Part shown: positions 20,026 to 30,631 of the stretch, piece by piece | Layout: the number at the start of each line of letters is the position of its first letter | How positions within the stretch are numbered: the first letter of the stretch is position 1 | The notes under the pieces: generated by a model | Told to the model about the DNA's origin: nothing | Database searches by the model: none | What the model saw: the letters and a program-made list of their open reading frames with translations, nothing else | Assembly: GCA_963745835.1 (NCBI GenBank) | Contig: CAVUZH010000024.1 | Location: 160,001-224,000, forward strand | Direction: 5' to 3' | Length of the DNA stretch: 64,000 nucleotides | From: an uncultured delta proteobacterium | GTDB lineage: Bacteria; Desulfobacterota; Binatia; UBA9968 | Translations under genes and position numbers: made by a program

Positions 20026-20894
20026 CTACCTACCTCCTTGCCGGTCGCGGCCTTCCAGGTTTGTTCTAGACCCCGCCGGGTCAGAGCTTCGACGATCCAG
20101 CGCCGGTTCTCGGCGCTGCTGCGCTGATCGTCGATCGGACTCGCTTCGGTCGCGGCCAGCGCGCCGGCTTCCTTTAGAAGTGCCGCGGTCAGCGGCTTGC
20201 CGCGCAGCAGCGCTTCGGTCTTCGGCGCGCGAACCGGGGTCGGTGCTACCGCGCCCAAGCCGATGCGAACATCTTGTATATTGCTCTTCCCGGCATCCGG
20301 CGTCATCAAGACCGCCACACCCACCATCGCAATATCCATTGCGCCGCGCACGGCATGCTTCAAATACACGCCTTTGCTGCCGGCTGGGGGATAGGGCACA
20401 TCGATTTCGGTCAGCAGACCTTTGCTACCGAGAACGGACTTTCCCGGTCCCTGAAAAAATGACATGAACGGTTGATTTCTCTCGCCTTCCGAAAAAGCGC
20501 ACTTCGCGCTTGCTTCGAGCACCAGCAGTGGTGCTAAGGTTTCGCCCGAGGGCGAAGCGCGGCAGATATTGCCGCCGATGGTGGCGGTGTTGCGCACCTG
20601 TAAGGACGCGAATTGGTGCGACGCATCCCAGAGCAGCGGCAGCTTGTCACGCAAAATAGCGTTGGTCTCAAGCTCACGGATGGTCGCCAATGGCCCGATG
20701 CGGAGGCTGCCGCCGTTCTCTTGGATACCCGATAGCCCGCTGAGCTTTTTGATGTTGATCAGGCAGGCCGGCTCTTCCTTATACTTGATGTCCACCATTA
20801 CATCGGTGCCGCCGGCAATCACCTTAGCTTCGGCCCCGTGCTTGATGAGCAACGACAAAGCCTCGTCTGTGGATTTCGGTTCAAAGTATTCCAT
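20022..20894 (-). CDS. FAD-binding medium subunit (CoxM/XdhB-like)
   Basis: IAGGTD, QVRNTATIGGN, GAVAPTP. Confidence 0.92.
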   Translation of the reverse strand: MEYFEPKSTDEALSLLIKHGAEAKVIAGGTDVMVDIKYKEEPACLINIKKLSGLSGIQENGGSLRIGPLATIRELETNAILRDKLPLLWDASHQFASLQVRNTATIGGNICRASPSGETLAPLLVLEASAKCAFSEGERNQPFMSFFQGPGKSVLGSKGLLTEIDVPYPPAGSKGVYLKHAVRGAMDIAMVGVAVLMTPDAGKSNIQDVRIGLGAVAPTPVRAPKTEALLRGKPLTAALLKEAGALAATEASPIDDQRSSAENRRWIVEALTRRGLEQTWKAATGKEVGR

Positions 20895-21178
20895 CAGTTC
20901 CCCCGATAATTTACTTGAGCTGATATGGTCAGTTTCAATCTCTACAGCATTACAGGTCAGCTCGTCACTCGGCGATCTGTCAGTTTCATATTAGCCCAAC
21001 GGTGCAACTGTCAAGGGACAAAGTAAGAAAACGATCAGGAATGCGAACGCAAACAGCTAGAACAGTCGGCCGGGCGAAGTGATCGCCGAGTTCGGTCACT
21101 ACCAGCCCTGATCGGCATTCGGAGACTGCTGCTGGCGTACTTTGCTCATCCTTGGTCGGATTCAAGCCTGGATGAAGT

Positions 21179-21574
21179 TTATCTCTCGAGTAAGGTCTTT
21201 AGTTTGTTTAGATCCCTCTCGACAGATCCGGCGTCATCGGCAAACTTTTGATCCGACATGCCGGCCAGGCGGTAAAGCGTAAAAACTACTTCACTGCCGT
21301 CGTTATTCGGGAAGACACGCATGGGGTTATAGAATTTGGTTCCGGACGATAAAGTCACATCATGATCTAGAATTCCAAATTTGTTTTTCTCGGCGAAATT
21401 AACTTTCACCGTTCCCATCGGCGCCTCGGCTATCCATTCGTCGTCGACGTTTTTTATGGAACCGCTGAGTCCTCCGGCCCATCGAGGGAGGTTCTCAGGG
21501 TTCGATGCAAATTCATAAACCTCAGCGGCGCGGCGTTCGATCGACACACTGATATGCTTAGCCATGAACGTCAT
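21179..21574 (-). CDS. SRPBCC / polyketide-cyclase-like protein
   Basis: VYEFASNPENLPRW, GILDHDV, NPMRV, DLNKLKTLLE. Confidence 0.85.
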   Translation of the reverse strand: MTFMAKHISVSIERRAAEVYEFASNPENLPRWAGGLSGSIKNVDDEWIAEAPMGTVKVNFAEKNKFGILDHDVTLSSGTKFYNPMRVFPNNDGSEVVFTLYRLAGMSDQKFADDAGSVERDLNKLKTLLER

Positions 21575-21663
21575 TAGAAAATCTCCTTACATTAGGTTCG
21601 GATTAACCGGAACTCAGCTTCAGCCGCTTGGTTGACCCTCACACCAGATCGCGCAATTAATAG

Positions 21664-22101
21664 ATGTATATAAGCCAAGCTCAGCTCGGTTTTCGCAAGC
21701 CCGATCTATTTGAACGTATGTTGAACAAAGGTTTTCGGGGGCTTGGCCTAGGTCACAAGTACCTCTTGGAGGTGCAGGGTCGCAAGATCTATCGAGTCTA
21801 TTCGACTCCCGTGGACCTGCTGGAGTTCATGGGGACGCGCTTCCTCGTTGCTCCTCGCGGACGCACACCATGGGTCCGTAACGCCGAGGGCCCAAATCAA
21901 ATCGCTTTGAAGAGGCGTCCAGCGCCGAAGATCCAGATTCGGATCGTTTCAGATGATGAAAAATCGCAGATCCTGAAGGAGTATCTGGACCGCTTCAACT
22001 TGACGGTGCAGAGATATTTTCTAATCGAAGCCGGCTCCAAGTCCCGATATTTTGTAACAATCGTCAGCCTATATCCGGTTTTTGAATTGTTCGAGCTCTA
22101 G
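21664..22101 (+). CDS. Deazaflavin (F420)-dependent nitroreductase-like protein, divergent or decaying
   Basis: LLEVQGRK..YSTPV, LVAPRG..WVRN, YPVFEL; the usual GRKSG motif is degraded. Confidence 0.6.
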   Translation: MYISQAQLGFRKPDLFERMLNKGFRGLGLGHKYLLEVQGRKIYRVYSTPVDLLEFMGTRFLVAPRGRTPWVRNAEGPNQIALKRRPAPKIQIRIVSDDEKSQILKEYLDRFNLTVQRYFLIEAGSKSRYFVTIVSLYPVFELFEL

Positions 22102-22180
22102 TGTTTGTCTTACGATAAGTCGATGAACGAAAGGCGCGCCATGCTGCCGGCATTATCGAACGGAAAAAATAGCGCCCATC

Positions 22181-22207
22181 TGTCCTGAATGCCCTTGCTC
22201 ATTCGTC
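22181..22207 (+). promoter_or_regulatory. Candidate ECF42-type promoter
   Basis: TGTCCT-N17-CGTC upstream of the DGPF gene, similar to the TGTCGA...CG(A/T)C motif of ECF42. Confidence 0.4.
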
Positions 22208-22241
22208 GACTCAATGAAAGCACAATCTACAGGAGGAAATC

Positions 22242-22658
22242 ATGAGCACACAGACGACAACAGAATGCATGTTGTTATTTCGCGGCACCGACTGGCACAA
22301 AGGGCTGTCACCGGAGGAAATTCAGGAGGTGGTGAAGCAAATGTATGCCTGGCTTGACCGCTTGACGGCGCAGGGTAAGGCCAAAGCCGGCAAACCCCTC
22401 TTTCCAGAGGGTAAAATCGTTTCACAAAAGAAAGGCCGTTCAGTCGCGGATGGTCCGTTTGCCGAGTCCAAAGAAGCGATTGCCGGATTCTTTTTGCTCG
22501 AGGTCGGCAGTTTGGAGGAGGCGGCGGAGATCGCCAAGGATTTTCCAGGCTTGAATTACGGCGCCACCGTGGAAGTTAGGCCGGTGGCGCCTGAATGCCC
22601 ATTGGCGCTAAGCCCAAGGGAACAAAGCGCTGCACAACCGGCTCGCGCGGGCGCGTGA
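22242..22658 (+). CDS. YciI/DGPF-domain protein
   Basis: DGPFAESKEAIAGFF, VEVRPV. Confidence 0.9.
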   Translation: MSTQTTTECMLLFRGTDWHKGLSPEEIQEVVKQMYAWLDRLTAQGKAKAGKPLFPEGKIVSQKKGRSVADGPFAESKEAIAGFFLLEVGSLEEAAEIAKDFPGLNYGATVEVRPVAPECPLALSPREQSAAQPARAGA

Positions 22659-22903
22659 TTTCACCGCGCCGTCATCGCCTGTTGTACAAAATCCCGACAG
22701 CCTCGCCACGAGCGGAAGTTTCAATGTTCCCAATCCTTTCCGTTCGCGGTGAGCCGGCGGGAGGAGTCAAAAAAATTTTCAGCCCGGGCGCGGTCAAGCG
22801 GCCTAACCCCTTGAGCTCAATGTTGGATCGCCTTCAATGCGGCGGTCGAGCTGAAGCCTAGCGTTGCCGATTGCGCCTGCGACGGTCACAGAATGGCTCA
22901 TTA

Positions 22904-24265
22904 ATGAAGACGACAAATTCCGATACCAAGAGTCCGGTGCCGTGCTCGGGAGAAGTTACTCAGGTGGTGGAGCATTGCTTCCGGCATGAGTCCGGAAGGA
23001 TAATTTCGACCTTGACCAGAATTTTTGGCATCGAGCATATCAATCGGGCCGAAGACGTAGTTCAGGAAACCTTAGCCAGGGCATTGCAAACATGGCCCTA
23101 TTACGGAATCCCGCAAAATCCCGCCGCTTGGATCACGCAGGTAGCGAAAAATTTGGCTCTGGATCTCATCCGCCGCGAAAAGATTTTTCACAATAAACAA
23201 ATCGAGATCGCGCGCTTGATAGACCAGGATTCGCCGAATGCCGCAGCCGAGAATGCGCTAGTCGGTGAAAAGGAAATTACCGATGACCGTCTCCGTATGA
23301 TGTTTGTCTGCTGCCATCCCGTGCTCCCGCAAGAGGCCCACGTGGCGCTGGCGCTCAAGACTCTTTGCGGCTTTAGCCCCGGCGAGATTGCCCGAGCATT
23401 TCTCACATCTGAAGCGGCAATCGCCAAACGGCTGACCCGGGCAAAGCAAAAGATCCGCGACGCGCGCGTGCCGTTTGAAATTCCGGCAGGCGAGGAGCTG
23501 GCGCAGCGCCTCGACGGCGTGCTGCAAACGCTTTATCTGCTTTTCAACGAAGGTTACAAAGCTTCAACAGGAGACCAACTGATTAGAGAAGCGCTCTGTC
23601 ATGAAGCCATCCGCCTCGGTGGGTTATTGGCTGAACATCCCGCAGGCAATCGTCCCCGAACTCACGCCTTGCTGGCGCTGATGTTACTGAACGGGGCACG
23701 GTTGAAGGCGCGACTGGACCAGAATGGAAACATTCTCCGACTGAAGGAACAGACCCGCTCAACCTGGGACCAGGCGATGATCGCGCGCGGATTGTTTCAT
23801 CTGATGCAATCCATGGCCGGCGACGAAATCAGTGAGTATCATCTGCAGGCCGGCATTGCGGCGTGCCACTGCGCTGCCAAGGATTACCAATCCACCGATT
23901 GGGCGCAGATCCTTTCGCTTTACGACCGGCTGCTCGAGCTAAATGATTCGCCCGTGATTGTCCTCAATCGTGCGGTAGCTCTCGCCAACCTGCACGGTCC
24001 GAGGGCAGGCATCGAAGCGGTGCACTCGATTCAAAATCGGCAGGAGTTGAATTCATATTATCTACTCTATGCAGTTCTGGCGGAGTTTGAGGCGGATCTA
24101 AACAATAAAGAAGCTGCCGGCAACTACTTCCGCAGGTCCCTGGAACTAACCACCATCAAGTCGGAACAGATTTTCATCTCGAAAAAGCTCAATCAGCTTG
24201 AGGCCGGCTCCTCAACGACTAATGTCGCGGGAAGGCGAAAACGGCGCCCGGCAACGACCCGGTAA
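22904..24265 (+). CDS. ECF sigma factor with C-terminal TPR extension (ECF42 type)
   Basis: AEDVVQE, DDRLRMMFVCCHP, YLLFNEGY, YHLQAGIAACH; next to a DGPF gene. Confidence 0.9.
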   Translation: MKTTNSDTKSPVPCSGEVTQVVEHCFRHESGRIISTLTRIFGIEHINRAEDVVQETLARALQTWPYYGIPQNPAAWITQVAKNLALDLIRREKIFHNKQIEIARLIDQDSPNAAAENALVGEKEITDDRLRMMFVCCHPVLPQEAHVALALKTLCGFSPGEIARAFLTSEAAIAKRLTRAKQKIRDARVPFEIPAGEELAQRLDGVLQTLYLLFNEGYKASTGDQLIREALCHEAIRLGGLLAEHPAGNRPRTHALLALMLLNGARLKARLDQNGNILRLKEQTRSTWDQAMIARGLFHLMQSMAGDEISEYHLQAGIAACHCAAKDYQSTDWAQILSLYDRLLELNDSPVIVLNRAVALANLHGPRAGIEAVHSIQNRQELNSYYLLYAVLAEFEADLNNKEAAGNYFRRSLELTTIKSEQIFISKKLNQLEAGSSTTNVAGRRKRRPATTR

Positions 24266-24329
24266 CTCCAGCTTGCCCGGGCCGACGCTCGCAGCCCATC
24301 ACTCAGGCAAGCCGACCTACGATGCCCCC

Positions 24330-24540
24330 GCTTTATCAGTAATGCCTGCAAATCTTCAATCCGTCGACGATTAACACCTAGATCGCTGTAACCGAGCCGC
24401 GATGCCAACCTCACCGCAATAACTCCTCAGCGATCCGCAAGTGAAGTTCGAGATCGTCGACAAAGCCAAAGACGGCGCTGGTGCATTCGGCATGAAGATA
24501 ATCGGCACTCGCAGCAATGATTTTGGTACGCGGAAGTGCG
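24330..24540 (-). pseudogene. DUF1499-family remnant (C-terminal half, frameshifted)
   Basis: Manual translation gives LPRTKIIAASADYLHAECTSAVFGFVDDLELHLR, then after a frame change VIAVRLASRLGYSDLGVNRRRIE; no N-terminus. Confidence 0.65.
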
Positions 24541-24571
24541 GGGCGCTTTACCTTTTTTCTTGTCATTCAAC

Positions 24572-24901
24572 TTAGAACTCAGATGCTTTGGCGACTGAGA
24601 TATCGTATCCTTCCCCCTCTTTGCGCAAGCGGCCGTCAATCACAAACGGCCCAAATGGAAGCAACGCCGCAAGAAGGACGAGACCCGTCCACCGAAAGCT
24701 CCAGCGCATGGCATCTTGCGCCAGCATCAAGGCGATGACAAACCCGATAAACAGGATTCCGTGCACCCATCCGACAATACGCACTGCCTCCGGCATTCCG
24801 GCAAAATGTTTTAACGGCATCGCTATTCCCAGCAACACCAGGAATGAAACGGCCTCAACGATTCCAATCAAGCGAAGCCGGCCGACTGGTGTTCTCAGCA
24901 T
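24572..24901 (-). CDS. DUF3817 family membrane protein
   Basis: EAVSFLVLLGIAMPLK, GWVHGILF, LLPFGPF. Confidence 0.85.
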   Translation of the reverse strand: MLRTPVGRLRLIGIVEAVSFLVLLGIAMPLKHFAGMPEAVRIVGWVHGILFIGFVIALMLAQDAMRWSFRWTGLVLLAALLPFGPFVIDGRLRKEGEGYDISVAKASEF

Positions 24902-25114
24902 ACTCTCCCTTTTTATCCAAACCGATGCCGTACTTTAGCGAATCGATTCTACTGCAGTATCCTGATCTATCCGCGATCGCCAATATTCCGCAGTCAACCT
25001 GGGAAATGGACGGGGAAGAGGCCAAATTCATAGCCGATTTCCCCCGGCGGGACCGCGCGCGGAGCAAATCGGAAATCAATCAAAATCAAGCTGCTTCATC
25101 CTGAGTATCCTCTC

Positions 25115-26005
25115 TCACGCGGCTGGGAAGTCAGCGACCGCAGGAATGATTTGCTTGCCGATTAGTTCGATGGACGTTATCTCGTGATCGTTAGGTACAT
25201 TGATAATCAAGTGCTCGATGCCGGCGTCACTGATGGATCGGCAGTATTCTATAGCTTCGCGCACGCTGTTTGAACCACCGACATCGAGCCTGCCAATGGC
25301 GGTGCGCTCGATCTCGTCATAAGGTCGGCCGATTGCGTCGCAACTTTTTCGCAGCACGTCGAGCTTGGCGCGAACGACTTCCAGACCGTCGAACGCATAG
25401 AGATTGCAAGCATCGCCGTATTTCGCCACCAGAGGCAGGGTCTTCTTCTCACCGGCGCCGCCAATTAGAATATTTGGATGCGGTTTGGCAAGCGGCTGAG
25501 GCGAATTGAGCGTCTCGGCCAGGCGATAATGTTTGCCGTTATACGGGACAACTTTTCCTGACCACATCTGCAGCGCAATCTGGAGGGTTTCCTCTAAACG
25601 CTCGAAGCGCTCTTTCAGCGGCGGAAAGGGAACACCAAGGCCGATAGCCTCGCGTTCGTACCAGCCCGCCCCGACCCCAAAATAGGCCCGGCCTCCGGAT
25701 AGGACATCGAGAGATGTTACGGTTTTGACGAGAATGCCGGGGTGGCGGTAAATCACCCCGCTAACGAGTGTTCCGAGGCGGATTCGCTTGGTCACGGCGG
25801 CCAAGAAGTTAAGCGCGCTGTAGCCTTCCAACATTGGCTCTTCGGGCTTACCGATCATGTCGATCTGAAAAAAATGATCCATCACCCAGAGACTTGCAAA
25901 ACCGGCTTCCTCCGCTGCTTGACCGATCCGAGCCAGGGTTGATGCTATAGCCGATTCCCCCGCTGGCCAAGTAAAAGATGGTATCTGCAGCCCCAGTTTC
26001 ATCAT
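25115..26005 (-). CDS. LLM-class F420-dependent oxidoreductase
   Basis: WVMDHFFQI, LDVLSGGR, GAGWYERE, ILIGGAGEKKTL. Confidence 0.9.
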   Translation of the reverse strand: MMKLGLQIPSFTWPAGESAIASTLARIGQAAEEAGFASLWVMDHFFQIDMIGKPEEPMLEGYSALNFLAAVTKRIRLGTLVSGVIYRHPGILVKTVTSLDVLSGGRAYFGVGAGWYEREAIGLGVPFPPLKERFERLEETLQIALQMWSGKVVPYNGKHYRLAETLNSPQPLAKPHPNILIGGAGEKKTLPLVAKYGDACNLYAFDGLEVVRAKLDVLRKSCDAIGRPYDEIERTAIGRLDVGGSNSVREAIEYCRSISDAGIEHLIINVPNDHEITSIELIGKQIIPAVADFPAA

Positions 26006-26068
26006 GCCCTCCGCGCGAAAAATTGAACGCAGATCGCGGTGATTATCTCACAAGAATATTTAGGATCT

Positions 26069-27202
26069 TCACAGGTCGGCGTTTGTGGGCTGAACTTTGA
26101 GCGGGAGTCGCACCATAAACTCGCTGCCTTTACCAACGCCCTCGCTGCGAACCTGGACTGAACCACCGTGGAGCGCGACAAAGTCTTTGACCAAGGCCAA
26201 GCCGATGCCGAGTCCGCCATGCGAAAGCTGGGTTTCCACCTGGGTGAAGAGATCGAATATTCGCGGCAACATATCGTGAGGAATTCCCACTCCGCTGTCA
26301 GTGACCCGGACCACGGCCTCGTCGGCCTCGGTGGTCACCTTAATAGAGATAGCCCCGTGCTCTGGAGTGTACTTGACCGCATTACTCAGTAGATTCAAGA
26401 AGACCTGCTGCAATCGATCACGATCGCCTTGCAGCACGATCGCGGACCATGGCCCAATCACCTGGATTCTCTGACGGCGTTCGTCAACCTTGGGCCGCGC
26501 CGACTCCACAGCCTTTTCGATAACTTCCTGAAGCACGACAGGTCCGATAGTTAAGCGAACCTTGCCTGTGCTGATGCGCGTCACATCCAATAAGTCATCA
26601 AGCATCCTGCGAACGAAATCCAACTGCTCCTCGATGAGTTTGAGCGAACCCTCTAAATCGGGGTTGCGAGAGGCTGTTCTACTGATGAGTTCCACCGCCG
26701 TGCATATCGACGCCATCGGGTTACGAAGCTCATGCGAGAAAGTGGCTAAAAAGTTATCCTTTCGCTGATTCGCTGCAGTCAGTGCCTGTACTTGGTTGCG
26801 CAATGTTTCGAGTTGCTCGCGCAGATCCGTTCGGTTGCGAAGGATCTTGCCAAAGCCTAAGAGATTCTGGTTCTGATCACGCAGGGCTATTAGTATGCCG
26901 GTGGCCCAAAATCGAGAGCCGTCTCGGCGCATCTGCCATCGATCATCTTCCGCTTTGCCGAAATTAAGCGCCAGTTCGATTTCCTGATCGGGAATTCCCC
27001 TCTCTCTATCTTCCGGGGTAAACAGAATTCCAAGAGGCTGGCCTACCATCTCGTTTGAGCTGCGGTCGAAGATATACCCGGCTCCGGGGCTCCACCACAG
27101 AACGCGCGCATCCGCATCTAGAAGCACAAAAGCGTGCTCTTTCGACTGCTGAGCCAGAAGACTAAGAAGTTGATGAATGCGCGCTGTATCAGGTTCTGAC
27201 AT
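26069..27202 (-). CDS. PAS-domain sensor histidine kinase
   Basis: RRDGSRFWA (PAC), SHELRNP, NLLSNAVKY, DSGVGI, GLGIGL. Confidence 0.92.
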   Translation of the reverse strand: MSEPDTARIHQLLSLLAQQSKEHAFVLLDADARVLWWSPGAGYIFDRSSNEMVGQPLGILFTPEDRERGIPDQEIELALNFGKAEDDRWQMRRDGSRFWATGILIALRDQNQNLLGFGKILRNRTDLREQLETLRNQVQALTAANQRKDNFLATFSHELRNPMASICTAVELISRTASRNPDLEGSLKLIEEQLDFVRRMLDDLLDVTRISTGKVRLTIGPVVLQEVIEKAVESARPKVDERRQRIQVIGPWSAIVLQGDRDRLQQVFLNLLSNAVKYTPEHGAISIKVTTEADEAVVRVTDSGVGIPHDMLPRIFDLFTQVETQLSHGGLGIGLALVKDFVALHGGSVQVRSEGVGKGSEFMVRLPLKVQPTNADL

Positions 27203-27690
27203 TCAGTAGGTCCCTTTGTTGAAAAACTTGTGCTGGGGTTTACGGCGGTGTCGTCAGCAGAAGTCCGCCGTATAGACACTACTGCAAGTATACCGGAGAT
27301 CTCGCGCAACTCCAGATTCGGTTGCAAACAATTTGAAACCTCTCCGGGCGAAAAACGGCTCTGAGAGTTTCATTAATTTGATTATCTTGAGCCAACGGTT
27401 TGCCGCTTAAGCTGCTGATTTTTGCGGTCATCTGACTCTTCAAAGCAGGCTAAAATTCCGCCAGATAAGCGACCATCACTGGAATATCCCAGGGGCATCT
27501 CAGCGAACTGGTACTTGCCTCATCCAGCAATTATCCGACATCAGAAGAAACACACGGAGAGTTTGCATTAGTTCCCGCCGAGCTGTTAAATCGTCGCTGT
27601 CGACGACCGACGTAGCAAACACGTTGAGTGAACTTTATGCTTACAATTCGAATAACCTACGACCCACCTTTTTCAGGAGATAAAATCACT

Positions 27691-28677
27691 ATGGTAGCGA
27701 AAGGCGTTTTTATAATCGGATTGCTGGCTGCTATTCTGCTAACGCCTGGCAGACCGGTTTTTGCCGCGTCGACATCGATGCGGGTTCTATATCCTAGCTT
27801 TGGTGGCACCTGGGCGACGCCCTGGATCGCCAAAGAGGCCGGCTATTTTGCCGCCGAGGGACTTGACGTCGAACTCATTCGGGTCGGAGGCAGCACGAGA
27901 ATGGTGGCAGCGATGTTGGGAGGAAGCGCGCCTATTATCCAAGCCGGTGCTGCTGCGGCAATCGCCGCCACGGCCGCCGGAAGCGATGTCGTTATTATCG
28001 CCGCTACGGGGAACGTATCGCCGTTTCGTTTGATGGCCCGACCGGATATCAAGCAACCTTCAGACCTAAAAGGTAAAAGAGCCGGCATCACCACGTTCGG
28101 ATCAACGTCGGATCAGGTGGTTCGCATAGCGCTGCAGAAATTCAATTTAGAGCCAAATAAAGATGTGGCGATTCTATCGTTGGGGGCCCAGCCGGAGGCG
28201 TTTGCCGCATTACAAAGCGGCGCGGTGCAAGTGGCGGCCTTAAGCTATCCGCTTTACGCGAAAGCAGCCCAACTGGGAATGCGCGAGTTGATTAACTTCG
28301 GTGACCTTGGAGTGGAAGACGTCAACGGCGGGGTCATCACCACCCGGTCCTATATTGCGCAGCATCGTGATACTGCCACCCGTTTTATCCAGGCTTACAT
28401 ACGGGGCGCACACCGGTATCGGAACGACAAGGAATTTAGCAAACGCGTTCTAGGAAAGTACGGCAAAATTACTGAAGATGATCTTTTGGAAGGCACTTGG
28501 CAGGATTATGCGCCGACGATTCAAAAAGTCCCACGTCCCTCCCCGAAGGCCGTTCAGTTTTTGATTGAGTTTCAGTTCAAAGGCAAGACACCGCTGCCCA
28601 AACCGGAAAACTTTGTCGATATGTCGATCGTGGATGAACTCGAAAAGAACGGCTTTATTGATTCGGTTTACAAGTGA
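27691..28677 (+). CDS. ABC transporter substrate-binding protein, NMT1/SsuA-like
   Basis: Signal peptide; WIAKEAGYF..EGLDV; DLKGKRAGIT..GS. Confidence 0.88.
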   Translation: MVAKGVFIIGLLAAILLTPGRPVFAASTSMRVLYPSFGGTWATPWIAKEAGYFAAEGLDVELIRVGGSTRMVAAMLGGSAPIIQAGAAAAIAATAAGSDVVIIAATGNVSPFRLMARPDIKQPSDLKGKRAGITTFGSTSDQVVRIALQKFNLEPNKDVAILSLGAQPEAFAALQSGAVQVAALSYPLYAKAAQLGMRELINFGDLGVEDVNGGVITTRSYIAQHRDTATRFIQAYIRGAHRYRNDKEFSKRVLGKYGKITEDDLLEGTWQDYAPTIQKVPRPSPKAVQFLIEFQFKGKTPLPKPENFVDMSIVDELEKNGFIDSVYK

Positions 28678-28790
28678 TCGGCAGCAGATAGCCCCGCCGG
28701 AACAGGCGAAGCCGGGTCATTCGCGGAAGCTGCGGCGCCGTGCAACAACTCACGCGAGGCCGCCTAGCAGTCACTGGCATCCTACGGCTG

Positions 28791-29102
28791 CTACTTCTTC
28801 TGAACCTGGAGATTGTTGGTAACTTTTTTTACGCCACCAACGCCGCGCGCTAGCTCTTCCGCGCGGGATCTGTCCTGCGGCGTATTAACGACTCCGTTTA
28901 GCGCAACCACACCGCTGGTGGTATCGACATCGACACGGGTCAAGGTCCCGGCCTTATCTTGGGCCAGTCGAGCTTTCACGCTTGAGGTGATGGTCGCGTC
29001 ATCGACATTCTCGCCGGCTGTCCGGCCGGTCATCGCCTGACATCCTCCGAGGATCCCGAGCAGCACGAGCACGACGGCCATCGATTTTAGATTCCGTATC
29101 AT
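28791..29102 (-). CDS. BON-domain lipoprotein
   Basis: Lipobox LGG-C; DDATITSSVK, GVVALNG, GVKKVTNNL. Confidence 0.9.
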   Translation of the reverse strand: MIRNLKSMAVVLVLLGILGGCQAMTGRTAGENVDDATITSSVKARLAQDKAGTLTRVDVDTTSGVVALNGVVNTPQDRSRAEELARGVGGVKKVTNNLQVQKK

Positions 29103-29403
29103 AGTTGAATCCTCCTCTTTGTACGTCTAACAACCGGCGAGCGTTGAGGCAACTAGGGTCGATACGAAAAATCAAAAATCAATCAAAAATCAATATAGAT
29201 GTCTGTAGTCCAAATTTCTCTTGACTTGTTCAGGAACCAGCCTGCGATCCGAAACTTCATATTCCACATTCGTATTTGGAGCAGAAAATAGCATTCTGCT
29301 GTTTTGCCGGTCAGGCACGCATAAATCCGCAACTCGGCCATTCTGAAACTCGTCTGTGACACATATCCTGGATGCTGGGCTTTATGTCAAAGGCTAAATT
29401 CAG

Positions 29404-30306
29404 CTATGATCCGCGCACTATCAACACCGGATCTTGGCAATGTCGCACGACCTTTTCAGTGACGCTGCCCAACACCCAGCGCTGTAATCCTGAACGTCCG
29501 TAAGGAGACATGGCGACCAAATTGTCCGGTGTCTTGCGGGCAAGGTTGATAATGGCATCCGCGGCTGACCCTTCGATTACTACTGTAGAAACTTCCGCAA
29601 CTCCTTGTGCCCGTAACAAACTAGCTCTGGAGTTCAAATAGTCCTCAGCTTCGTCCCTTATCTGATCCTTGAGCTCAACATAGTCAGGCACGTAGTAATC
29701 ATCTCCACCGTATGTCGGCAGCGGCAGCCCGTAAACTCGGATCAGAAGGACCTGCAGATCCAAAGCCTGAGCCAAAGCCGCAACAGGCGAAAGAATGGTT
29801 TCGGCGACGTCTGAACCGTCAAGAGGCACGATAACCGAACGCAATGCTGCTTCCCCATCGGTCTTCGAATTTCCAGGCGCACGCACCACCAGGAGCGGAT
29901 TGACCGTGCCGCGCAAAACTTTTTCAGTGACACTGCCCAGCAGCCAGCGAGTCACACCCGAACGGCCATGAGTGGCCATGGCAATCAGGGTGCCCCTGTC
30001 CGCGGATGCGGCCGCAATGATAATATCCTCGGGGCGGCCTTGTTCCACGTGGCAACGTACCTGGCCGTTGAGAAACGTTTGCGCCAATTTTTCGAGATAC
30101 TCTGTGCTGTTCCGTACAGCTTCTCTAACCAGCGCTCCTGCATATTCAGCTTGGTTGGAGGCAATGTCTTCGGCAATGTCAGCCATTTCAACTACACCGA
30201 GCAATTCGACCGCAACGCGGGCACCAGCCGCAAGTCGCCGCGCGTAGGGCAGCACGTCCTCCGCCGTCTTCGAGCCGTCTAACGGAATCAGCATTCGGCT
30301 AAACAT
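29404..30306 (-). CDS. Tandem universal stress protein
   Basis: Two PLDGS ... GRSG..RW.LGSVTEKV domains. Confidence 0.92.
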   Translation of the reverse strand: MFSRMLIPLDGSKTAEDVLPYARRLAAGARVAVELLGVVEMADIAEDIASNQAEYAGALVREAVRNSTEYLEKLAQTFLNGQVRCHVEQGRPEDIIIAAASADRGTLIAMATHGRSGVTRWLLGSVTEKVLRGTVNPLLVVRAPGNSKTDGEAALRSVIVPLDGSDVAETILSPVAALAQALDLQVLLIRVYGLPLPTYGGDDYYVPDYVELKDQIRDEAEDYLNSRASLLRAQGVAEVSTVVIEGSAADAIINLARKTPDNLVAMSPYGRSGLQRWVLGSVTEKVVRHCQDPVLIVRGS

Positions 30307-30476
30307 AGTTCCTCCCTCGATGATAGACCCTAGTTCCATGCGGAGTCATTGCCATAATCGGAGCAATGTATCAGCTTTAAGAAATCATTAAGAGATTATT
30401 CTCGTATCCAGGACAGCCCACCACTTCGAATCTGCAAAACCCAAGCAGCGCAATAAGGAAATAAGTCGGCCACTTA

Positions 30477-30491
30477 TGGCATCTTTTTTGC
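30477..30491 (+). promoter_or_regulatory. Candidate sigma-54 -24/-12 promoter
   Basis: TGGCATCTTTTTTGC (GG-N10-GC) about 140 bp upstream of the DksA-like gene. Confidence 0.55.
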
Positions 30492-30631
30492 GGTTTTTAC
30501 TGCTTATCGTCGCAGTTGTGTACCATCTTCCGGACGCGAGCAGCCTTTGCTTCATCCCTGAATCCACATGCAGATGAGTCTTTGATTATCGTCTTAACGG
30601 AATTCGCTTCTAACGGAAGGAGACCGCTCCG

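Noticed and set aside
17137-20894. Aerobic CO dehydrogenase
   Set aside because: Lacks both the form I AYxCSFR and form II AYxGAGR motifs.
29167-29195. AAAAATCAA short tandem repeats
   Set aside because: Too short and low in complexity to support a function.
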